From Trichoplax adhaerens (lineage: Eukaryota; Animalia; Placozoa), in assembly GCF_000150275.1 (NCBI RefSeq), contig NW_002060943.1:12781694-12845693 (forward strand): 64,000 bases of DNA, written 5' to 3'. The notes beneath the pieces are model-generated. The model was not told where the DNA came from and searched no databases. It was given only the letters and a program-made list of their open reading frames with translations. Shown in pieces: positions 41,671 to 52,559 of this stretch. Within the stretch, counting starts at the first letter, position 1. Each line of letters begins with the position of its first letter. Made by a program: the position numbers and the translations under genes.

Positions 41671-41802
41671 GGTTACTGCCTTTATTTCATAGTGTGCCAA
41701 GCTATCCCTTCATCCAAGGTTTGCGACCTAAATTGTTGATTTGATAAAACGTATAGAAATTTCGAATAAGTTCTTCAACGCGTCGATCGTTATTTCCTTA
41801 AC

Positions 41803-44800
41803 ATGAATTATTTGAAATTTTCCATCTCGCTTTATGTGGTAAGTTTATCCTTCAATCGATAATTGGGTTCAATATGAGGATAAAAGATGTCATTTAATGA
41901 ATTAAAGCTTTATTATATGGATGATGATGATATCATGTTGAAAGTCGATACTTGCCAATCGTAGTCGAGTAGAGTTTCAATTAGAAGAAAACTATCTCAG
42001 TTGGATATTATTAACTCTAAACGATACTATTTTCTCTATTCGTCACGTCGTAAAATAGGAATAAATTTATTATAATTATCTTTCGTAGACTAAAATGCCA
42101 TAAGTAGTCAATTTTCTAAACTAAAACGAACAATTTCCAAGAGTCTTTCAGGGCGTTATTAAGATAGTTTTTATATGAGTATAACTATTTACTATTTTCT
42201 CTCCTTTTAATTATGGATATGCATGTTTTTAGACTTTAGAATAGCAGATTAACAGATTATTCTTGGCATTACACCCAAGTAATTTTACACTAATTGAAAG
42301 CTGATTTATTTTCAAAGGAAAATTTGATGATTTCAACCTCGTGCCGATAAATGTTGGCTAGTATCATTAGAAATCTTGTTGGAACCATACACTACTTTTA
42401 AACACAGCTACAAATGTTAAACTATTTCAAGTCATCAACTTGAACTTTTACTAGCATTATCTTAGTCCAAGAGTCCAACATCGCTATTCCATTGGTTCTT
42501 GTACCATGCACTGACATCTTAGCTTACATTATTCATTTCTATTTACTTTAAAAATATTCTACTATACCTTCTATTTATTTTCTGTATGATGTCACGAGAT
42601 GAAATTAACTAGCATTGCCAATTACTGTTATTTCTTTAACCTGGACAGAAATACTTTCATGACACATTTTGACTGATTACTTTCACTCGATGTGGAAAAT
42701 CGATTAAAAATCATGATCATTTGGGTCGGTGATACCACTACTATTTCATTTCTTATTTCTACAAAATTCTCACTGGTGTCCGTAATTTAAAAAATTAAAG
42801 ACATTATACTACAGGGCTAAATCGCAATAGAAATTTATTCCTATTCATCAATCACCCATTCAATTATTTTACAAATTGAATATATAGTATATACTATAGA
42901 TTTGCCATAAAATGTACCTTTTAGCAAAGTATAAGTTGGCTGGAAAATCACACATTGTAAATTAGTTAAAGGATCATATAATCTATACGTCTTTATTAAA
43001 TTTTAATTCTGCCATCTAGTAAATAGTAAACAGTAAGTTTGGCTGATTAAGTATGCTTTAGTTTGAAGTAGAATTAGCAACAATAAATATAATTAATTGA
43101 ATATTCTAGTAGACATTTCTTACTACTATGCTCAGCAGTATTTTATAGCCTCCAATAGTGGATATTTTGTCAATGACTGTAGTCAAATGAATCAGTAAAT
43201 TAACTGAAACAGCAAAACGCTCAGAGAAAGGAATCATAAGAATTAAACAACTAACATAAAGGGGGGGGGGGTAATCTAAACTCTATGAAGCTGCTAGAAA
43301 ATTATCTTTGCCAGTCCTAGAACATATCCTCGAACTCTCATATACAGGACTGGCTGTAATCCTGCGTGCTTTATAGGAACTAAATAATTTTAAAATTTTA
43401 ACGTATCACAACTCGTATAATTTGCCCATTTAGCTAACTTTCTAAATTTAAAGAATTAGCGTATCGTTACCAAATTATGATGAAATTAAAAATGATATTC
43501 TTTTCTATTGCGCTTCCTGCTAGGCCTTCATCCTTAGTTTATTTGCCAAAAACGATGTGTTTGCTCAGTTGACTATTTCAGAATTATCGGATCAAATCTT
43601 GATAACATCAGTTGACTATTTTGAATCCTCTTTCAGTGGAGGTAAGAAAAAAGAGTAGTGTAATGATCAATTAAATACTCCACCAAATGAAAGCTAGAAG
43701 TAACAATAATAGTGCAGATTGAGCAGGCTATTATCCATTTAATTCTAATTAAAGTATTCATTTTATGCTATCCTCATCGGTAAAGCTCCTAGCGCGGTTA
43801 TCCAATCCTCAGCAGCTTTTGTAACAACTACTTCTGCATTAATTATGACCATTTCATCTACTTTACTTCCCACTTCTAACGTTGTTAGTAGCAAACCATC
43901 TGTAGATACCTCGACAAGTTCTCCAATGTCTACTACTACCAGCATTATCCAATCTTCATCAACAGCTTCAGTAGCATCCACAGCAACCTCTTCAGTAGTA
44001 TCCACAGCAACCTCTTCAGTAGCTGGAACTACCGCTACTAGTATATCAAGTGCTGCTAGTACATCGGCTACATTAGCTACCACTGGAGCAAGCAGTCAAA
44101 CTCCTATAACACCAACTCCAACCACTAATCCTTGCCTTCGTAATCCTTGTGGGCAAAAAGCGGTTTGTGTACTTAATGCGGCTCTCCAAAGTGGCTATAA
44201 CTGCCAATGTCGAATAGGCTATTATCAACAAAATTCGACAGCCACTTTACAAAATGACCAAAGTTGCCAAGGTTAGTAAGGAATCTAAGTTATGCTTGAA
44301 TGGATATATATATAATTCCAGGATATTAATTCCGAATTATAGCAAACACATAGCATACAGTAGCAAAAATTTAACCATTTATCATAATCTTCTAAATACT
44401 AAACGCTCATGCACTGTAAGTAAAGCTTCTGCAATGTAGCCTAATAATAAGAGCAGCAACCATTATTTCGTTTTAAATTCAACTGTTAATAATGAATATC
44501 TTCTACTTGTTTTCAATTTCTCAACAGCCGCAAAATACTTTACTGGTAATATTTCTATCAATACTGCCTTCAATAACAATCTCAATGATCCTAATAACGT
44601 AGAAGGAAAGAAAATTCGAAATCAGGCTAAACTAGAAGTCAGTTAAAAATTCTAGCATTCCATTAATTATAGTTGGATTACTGTATGTCTAGGCCAGATC
44701 AAGCAATAAATTAAAATTCATTCTTATTGTTACCCATCTTTCTAGTTGGAAAAAGCCATCAGAAACTCTTCAGACACCGCTCAAAATTTCTTAAGTGTCG

Positions 44801-46350
44801 TTATCGAAAAGATTAGGTTAGTCAAGTGGCCATAATTAGATATTTTTAGAAGTTCACATATCTTTTAGGAATAGACTATTGCATGATATAACGTAGAGTA
44901 TTCTAATCTTACATAAACTTGTTTTTCTTAGCCAAAAACCTGGTGGTGGCATTACAATTTCATTTTATGCTGTATATGGTGCCAATGCAGCGGTTCTGCC
45001 TGCTGCTATTCAGAGTACCGTGGAAAATAACGTTCAGAGCATTGATAATTATAATGTTACTCAAGTTGCAGCAATAACACGTAAGATCAACTGATAGCTT
45101 GCTGGTTAAAATTTTCTATTTTTAGTTAATACAGCGTTGCATCAATTTAAAAACTCATACGATTTTATATACTGTTGCCAAAGTGTTGATACGTATCAAG
45201 AGAATAACAAGAGTTATTATGATTTCATATTATAGAAACTAACGAATGTCAACTTGCCAACGATCCATGTTCTGGAGTGATGCAGGAATGTCAAGACACG
45301 AATGATGGTTATACTTGTAAAGTCTGCACAACAGAACAGTATTTTAATTCTTCTACAAAGAAATGCACAGGTAATAATGATTGATATAAAGTGCGATGAG
45401 TTTAATACTGCTATCATATTTCTCTCTACTTTCTCACTAAAATGCAGAATAGGCTATAATAATAGCTCATCGTTAATATATTCACAAACCTTGTTCAGTC
45501 TTTTAATTTACAGAATGAAAGCTTTTACTTATTTGTAAATTAACTATTTTGATTAGCTAAGCCTATAAAGAGTTGTCCCAGTCCATGTCTCAATGGGGGC
45601 ACTTGCCAGACTTCTCTTTCAGTTCCTACTTGCAGGTAATCCTTTACTCATTTTAGGCTATTATTCATCGAAATTTTAGACTAGAGTGATACTTGGATCA
45701 TAAGCATTTTTAATTGGGTAGAAAAATATAAAATAGATGTCAATTTGATCTAATTTTCTAGCTGTACTCAATTTTTTACCGGTTCCGCGTGTGAAAGTCT
45801 TTCTAGTAAGATCTTTAACATTAAGTTAATGAAAAAATGAATAATGCTGTACACAGAAATCATTTCTGAAACTAAGACTTTCATTGTTTTTAATCTATAC
45901 CTTCTATAGCTTTAACTATCATTTTAATTACCAGTGGTAGCACCGTCTTGGTCTTGGTTGTCATTGCTCTAGTAGTATGCTTAATTTATAAGAAAAGACA
46001 GCGGTAATGCAAAATTAGGAATTTCGTACATTATTTTGTAATAATGAGTTGACATTAATACGATATACAAGTAAAGATTAGTTCTATATTATTATACCTA
46101 AAGTTATTTTTAAATTATTCGTCATTCCTGTAGACCTATTAGATCAGGTACGAATTTATACGAAAATTCTGAGGACGGTAAAGGCCACGTTAACAATTAC
46201 TATGAGATGGCAACAACGGAAGATTACGCAGAAGTGGATGCGGGAGTTCCTAAGCGACCCTATGCCGGCGTGCTTGGTGGAAATCAAACTACCGTCATTT
46301 ATGATAGTAAACAAGCTTTAATTCGCCAGAGCCGAATATTCGAGGAATAG
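41803..46350 (+). CDS. Short transmembrane SEA/EGF mucin, paralog of the giant mucin, ~512 aa, 11 exons
   Basis: Exons 41803-41838, 43524-43641, 43786-44271, 44528-44637, 44746-44816, 44932-45080, 45236-45370, 45557-45635, 45762-45805, 45910-46003, 46134-46350 (1539 nt). Signal peptide MNYLKFSISLYVAFILSLFAKNDVFA; ~115-aa S/T region; EGF; SEA; cbEGF; EGF; TM. Four exon lengths (110, 71, 135, 44 nt) and the intron phases are identical to the giant mucin. Confidence 0.88.
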
Positions 46351-47034
46351 CATGGCAATGACTCTACTTAATTAGTTTAATGTACTTGCTTTTCTTTTTA
46401 CAATATGGCAAGATCATATAAAAAATTGTAAAGCATTCTTCCAACGCCGGGCTGAATATCCCTCAATGTTTTTTAATGCAATATTCAGGAAAAGTTCAAC
46501 TGATCGTGAGTACTTTAATTGCTTGAAACATTGTACTAGACATGGATTTAATCAATATTTATCATTACTATTACTGTTAATTTTTGTGTACCGGTAATAA
46601 TATGATTAGTTTTAAATTTCAATGAATACCAACCACGTAAATAAGCCATCGATTTATGGTTGGTGCTAAGCCTGGCCAGCAGTTTTAAATTACCGGTAAT
46701 AGGGCTTAAGTTTTGGTGCATCGATTCAACCAAAAATTGACAATATTTTTAATTTATGGAATGATGATCTATAAAAGAGATTATAAATGAAATCTAAACC
46801 ATTACGAGATGTATTTTTAAATCAAGCTTTGTCATTTTTAAAAGTAATGATATATATTACACATATACAGTAAATGATTGGCTTATAGATCTGTAAACTC
46901 TTCCTTGTTAATGTATGAAACTCCACTTTGATAAGAAAAATTAGAATTGTAACATCTTGGCAAACATTCCTTGAACGATCATTCATATTTCGGACTCTTT
47001 TGCCATTTGATAATAAATCATTTATTCCTAAGAT

Positions 47035-47652
47035 GATTAGTGTGATATTTATCCTCGTTGTCGATCTATTTTTGCGCGCTGTCTCCGTATTTTCTATCAG
47101 ATTGTTTATAAAGTATGTGCAATCTGCTATTCAAATAAACGGTAAGTACGTACTATGAACGTTCTATGTTTATGCTTTGATTTTAATGATAGTAAAAATA
47201 TACTTTTGGTGTAACAGCATGATAATGTCATCAATTCATTGTGACGATTAATGTAATTAGCAGTACTAGGAAAAGTGATGGATAAGGTTTCTATTTGGTC
47301 ATGGATTACTCAAATAGCAATACTAGTAATAAATAATTTATTCCTGAAATGGATAGCGTGATATTTATTCTCGCTTTCGAACTGTTTTTGCGCGCTGGAT
47401 TAGAGTTCTCGGTATTTTCTATCATCTCGTTAATGAAATATGTGCAATCGACTTTTGAAATAAGCCATCAATACGTACCATGAACGTTCTATATTTGTGC
47501 TCTGATTTTGATAATGGTAAAAATCATTTTAGGATAACAGCATGATAATATAACCAATTATTATTTTACCAATTAATTGTGTCTGTGTGTAATATGATTA
47601 CTAGTGCTAGCTAGGAAGTGATGGTTAAGGTTTCTATTTGGGTATGGATTAC
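47035..47652. repeat. Diverged ~320-340 bp tandem duplication
   Basis: GTGATATTTAT.CTCG...TTTTTGCGCGCTG...TATGTGCAATC...TGAACGTTCTAT...AACAGCATGATAAT...AAGTGATGG.TAAGGTTTCTATTTGG..ATGGATTAC occurs twice (~47035 and ~47352). Confidence 0.8.
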
Positions 47653-48831
47653 ACTAAAATTATTTTTTAAGTGGCCCATGATTCTATGGTTCGGGATTAG
47701 GGTTAGGTTTTAAATTAAATACTCGTAAGACAGATCTTTGGAAATGAGCTGATTTATCGATATGTCATGGAATACTAGTAGGGTAATATCATCTGAAGCT
47801 CCTGTATTCGAGTATTTCTAATTGCCTATCTACTACCGTACTTAGTAGAGGCTATAAAGGGGATAAATCGAGCCTATCTATGTGCTAGTCAAGCTGTAAG
47901 CGAGTTACCATAAGTTAATGTGTACGTCATGATAGCAGCTTTCATAATTCGTACTGCACAATCTATGTAATCCGATTCGAAATCATAAATTTCATAGCAA
48001 GCCATTTTATTTCATTGCGATCGACGTAAATTATTATCGACATCGGGGATGAAATAGGATCATCAAACATAATCTAGCATAAGTCGAAATGATGGCTAAA
48101 CAGGCCATGATGCCAATGTAGAATATAGGCCGTAAGCAACGTTTTAAGTCATCGGATATACGTTTCAAAAGATGTTTATTGCCGCAATGAACATTTTGAA
48201 CGTTTTTATTTACGTTAAGTTGTTAGTAGTAAATTTGAATTGGGCGACCCGTTGCGCATATTAGATATAAATGATCAGGAAAATAAATAATGCATAATGT
48301 TTCATTGCTGATGGTGGCAAGAATTTTCGAATCAATATCAACCAGTTAGAGAATTTCATGATGGCGTATTTTTATTACAGAATAGAGGCTACAGAGTTTC
48401 AACACCTTCATAACTAACTTAAACTATAAGCAAAGGCGACGGACTGTGTCGTCTATAACCTTGGCTTGTTTTGAAACACAAGTAATTGATTATCATTATA
48501 GGCAATCAAGCATTCGTTAAGGCCAATTAACAAGTTACACTACAACACTGTAAATGTAAATACTTATAGATATTTACTGATTCCATTTTCACTAGTTCAT
48601 TAAGCTTCAGTAATAATATAATCGAGCGAAAGCAAAAGTACGTATGCGTACAGAACTCAATTCAAAACTACGCTTACAAATTAAATAGTGCAAACACGAT
48701 TGTATATAGACGTTGGATACTAACTCAGATGCAAGTCATATTATAGGTAGGGTAAAAAAACTGAACGAATGATATCAAACGTAAACTGCGAGTAATTTGG
48801 CCATAACAATCCTTTCAAAAGCGCTAGGATG

Positions 48832-49704
48832 CTATTGATCTTTAGTTAGACTCGGTTCGGCGGATGCAGAAGCTGTACTTTCTGTAGGATTTTCATTTAT
48901 ACCAATATTATTATCCATGATGGACTCTTTACCTTCATATTGGCTATAAGCTTTTAGATCGGTTTCAAATTGTTCCACTTGATTTTCATGTACATTGATG
49001 TAATCCTCCGTAGTCTGCTGATTGCCATCTGCATCAATCAATGTTGTTAGCGTATGCTTTCGATCGCCAATACTTCTTGTGACAGTCACTTTCTTCTCTC
49101 CGTTACTTTTTGTGATGGTCGATTTATGATAGGTGTATCTCGCCTTGTCAATATTCTGATTTGCTTGTTTTGAAGAAGAATTATCCTCTTGCATTTTCCC
49201 CTCGCTCTCTTGGGGAAATGCGCGATTGTACATAGCGTTTCTTAATTTTAGATGGTGTTGAAACATGCTTTGAGGCGATAGTTCATCTAATGCTTCTTCA
49301 ACAAATCTTAATGGCCATGCTGGCATGGAGCCAAACCATGGAGAGAACGGCTTACACCTTGCAATGGATGTTTTATAGTATACATCATTATCATCCCGGT
49401 TATTCTGACTGGAACTATTTTCAGACTGCTTTGTCGTTGTTTTGCCACTTAAATTCTTGGCTTGAGCTTGATTTTCATCGTGAGACGGTTGATTTTGTTC
49501 CGCGGAAGCATGGCTTGATTCATCTTTCGTTTTACATTGTGATTTGTGTCCACTTTCCTCTTTCCCATGTGATTTTCGATCAGTCGTTTTAACTTCCCTT
49601 AATTTTTCCAAGTGGTTGATGAGCGGATTGAAGAAGCATGCCTCCGATAGAAAGGGGGGTCTAGCCAGTCTTCTCAAATGCCTATCAACAATGTAGAAGT
49701 CCAT
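48832..49704 (-). CDS. MLF/HAX1-like protein, copy 1 (290 aa)
   Basis: Intact ORF with a low-complexity Q/S/N middle. The C-terminal YHKSTITKSNGEKKVTVTRSIGDRKHTLTTLIDADGNQQTTEDYINVHENQVEQF resembles, from memory, the C-terminal segment of myeloid leukemia factor and invertebrate HAX1-like proteins. Family call not verified by search; upstream exons not excluded. Confidence 0.65.
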   Translation of the reverse strand: MDFYIVDRHLRRLARPPFLSEACFFNPLINHLEKLREVKTTDRKSHGKEESGHKSQCKTKDESSHASAEQNQPSHDENQAQAKNLSGKTTTKQSENSSSQNNRDDNDVYYKTSIARCKPFSPWFGSMPAWPLRFVEEALDELSPQSMFQHHLKLRNAMYNRAFPQESEGKMQEDNSSSKQANQNIDKARYTYHKSTITKSNGEKKVTVTRSIGDRKHTLTTLIDADGNQQTTEDYINVHENQVEQFETDLKAYSQYEGKESIMDNNIGINENPTESTASASAEPSLTKDQ

Positions 49705-50481
49705 ATAGAAAAAAATAAATAAAAAAAAAACATCATGATCGAACTTTCCTTCAATTTACCAGATACCCTTCTAAAACAATATGCATGAAACAGAATTTTA
49801 TAACAATAATTCTGCAGAATTTCTGCTACAGTACTGCTGAGCGATCGATATAAATGTAAATAAAAAAAAAAATCATCATTTTAATTCATTCCCAAACATC
49901 AAGTAAAAACACGCCGTCGCTATTGCATCATTGCTGATCAACATCATGACGGCTTCAATATCGATCAATGAGGTCGATTTTTCTTAGCAATGAGACATGA
50001 CTAAAGCATCGGCTACCATCGTTCAGCAAACAAGGATATTGGATCTATCTACATGTGCAACTATACTACCATGGCAAGTGGCTGGCGGAGGCCCAGCTAT
50101 CCAGGACGATTGCTCGCGGAGATTGATGCACCGCATAAGTCACCGTTCTCTGTACTACCGCACGGATGGACATTTTCCCAGCAGATCCAATTGGCAATTC
50201 TTCCAACAACTTATTTTTTTCAACGCTAAAGCAGTTGCAATGTGGCTTGCCCTAATTAATGGAACAACTGAAAGAATTGAAGCTCTTTTCCAACTTGGAC
50301 AGAAAATGATATTTATATCCAGATACCGGTATCTATATATATGGGGCGGAGGACCGCTGCCGAACTGCTTGTTTACCTATGAAGATTTTGCCCGAGTTTT
50401 CTGGCTTTTTCTACGGTATCGCCTTACCGTACGCACAGTACTTTGCATTGTCATCATGCATTGTAACATGCGCCGTCATGC

Positions 50482-50846
50482 TTTTCATACTAACTAGTAC
50501 TAAGTTTTATTTATAACTATTACGAAGTTTCTATACTAACTAGTACTAAGTTTAATTTATAACTAATACCAAGTTTTTATACTAACTAGTACTACGTTTT
50601 ATTTCTAACTAACTATTACTAAGTTTCTACACTAACTAGTACTAAGTTTCATTTATAACTAATACCAAGTTTTCATACTAACTAGTACTAAGTTTTATTT
50701 ATAACTAGTACTAAGTTTTATTTATAACTAGTACTAAGTTTTCATACGAACTAGTACTAAGTTCTATGTATAACTAGTACTAAATTTTCATACTAACTGG
50801 TACTAAGTTTTATTTATAGCTAGTACCAAGTTTTCATACTAACTAG
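50482..50846. repeat. 23-bp minisatellite, ~16 copies, with an A/B dimer higher-order structure
   Basis: Units TAACTAGTACTAAGTTTTCATAC and TAACTAGTACTAAGTTTTATTTA mostly alternate; each contains the palindrome TAGTACTA. Confidence 0.92.
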
Positions 50847-51104
50847 CTGCCATAGCCTGGCATGGCCTCTTGCAGTACTTTACACTGTACTTTACAGTAC
50901 TTTTGCAATGCCATCGTACCATACCTACTGTACATTCGTCAGCAAAATTGCCGCATCACTTTCTATCCAACGACACGAATAACACTTTCCGTTCTATAGT
51001 ACAGTATATCCAATTGCAGACTCCAATTTGGTTGGCAGATCGGACAGCGAAGGATCGTGATGATGTAATATTGCCAGCAATTTTTGCAGGCAGGAGGTGG
51101 GTTG

Positions 51105-51832
51105 GCTCGAGCATTTGCATATCCACAATTCATGGTCAATACTATCAATCAAGGATAGTAATACCAATAGAAAATCAATGACGAACATCCATTGATTGAC
51201 TTTAAACAGCCTAAACTGTAAATAATTTGCAAGTGGAGGCTGCAAAGTAAGAGCAAAGGTCCTCCGATTCCTTCTGTCATTGTGGTGGTGTGTCAATAGT
51301 GTACAGTCGACTTTTGAATGGTGCAACGGGAAGAGCATTTGCATCTCGAAAATTAGAGAATTGTAGAAGATTAATCAATGACTAAACTAAAATGAATTCA
51401 TTGAACCTAAACGGTCTCAATTGTATCAATACTTTGCAAATGTAGAGTCAAAAGTAAGAGCAAAGGCCCTCCTATTTATTCGTTCATCGTGGTAGTGTGT
51501 CTATAGTGCACACTTGACTTTTGAACGGTGCAACGGGAAGAGCATTTGCATCTCGAGAATTGTAGAAGATCAATCAATGACTAAAATAAAATGAACTCAT
51601 TGACCCTAACCGGTCTCAACTGTATCAATACTTTGCAAATGTAGAGTCTAAAGTAAGAGCAAAGGCCCGCCCTCCTATTTATTCTTTCATCGTGGTGGTA
51701 TGTCATGAACGCCCTAAACTGTACATTATACAATAAATACTTTGCATAAGTAGTGTGCAAAGTAAAAGCAAAGGCCCTCCCATTATTTTTTTCCCATCGT
51801 AGCGGTGTGTCAATAGTGCACAGTTGACTTCT
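51105..51832. repeat. ~200-225 bp tandem repeat, 3-4 copies
   Basis: GAGCATTTGCAT at ~51109, 51334 and 51540; AAAGTAAGAGCAAAGG(C/T)CC at ~51244, 51451, 51650 and (variant) 51758. Confidence 0.85.
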
Positions 51833-52559
51833 TAGCGGCCAACATTTGCTGTAGGTTAGCTGTAAAACGAGCTGGTCTTGTAAGGCAGAAGGATAACTTT
51901 TGCTCGATTACACCGCCATGAAGTGATCGATCGATTTGGATTGAAAATTATGCATCGTTTAGTTAATGATGTAATATTGCTTAATCAAATTTTCAGTTTC
52001 TTTTTTTATTTGCTTTCATTGCGATAAGATTACAGCCAAGATGAGTTGTTCCTGACATGAAATGATAAACCATCTCATTTATGGCCATGTGTGGAATTGA
52101 AAATGGAATAGTATTTTGTAGCAGACTAATCGCTTTTTCGTGGTCACATTACGAAGAAATGGCCACTATAGGATCTTAATCTGGAGCGCTGTGTGATAAT
52201 AATTGCACTCTCAGAGTAGACCCATCTTGACGTTGTGGAATACTTGTAGATGATGCAATCATGCAGAAAATTGCATCTTTTTTTTCTATACGTTACAGTA
52301 TGTCAAAATCGTTGGTCCATCTATTGGACTAGTGTATTTTTTCTTGAGCTCAGGTGATTGAGTTTAGAGTCAAATTCTTGCTTGTAATAACCGGCATGAA
52401 AATTACGTAAGTCATTTTGTACTGCTGTGCTTCTAAACTGTTGGATGGATTGATAGAATGATTAGGTTGCCGGGATCTATAAACAATCTGTGGCCGACTT
52501 ATCACTATACCATTAAAATGTACATTTTTAATGATATATCCATTGGATAGATAGTAAAG

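Noticed and set aside
43261-43271. G11 homopolymer in intron 1 of the short mucin
   Set aside because: Isolated run with no supporting structure.
50482-50846. CRISPR-like appearance of the 23-bp array
   Set aside because: No unique spacers, no cas genes, and an intron-containing eukaryotic context. It is a minisatellite.
49997-51344. ORFs of 166, 103 and 116 aa in the repeat island
   Set aside because: No recognisable domain or transposase motif; they overlap tandem repeats.
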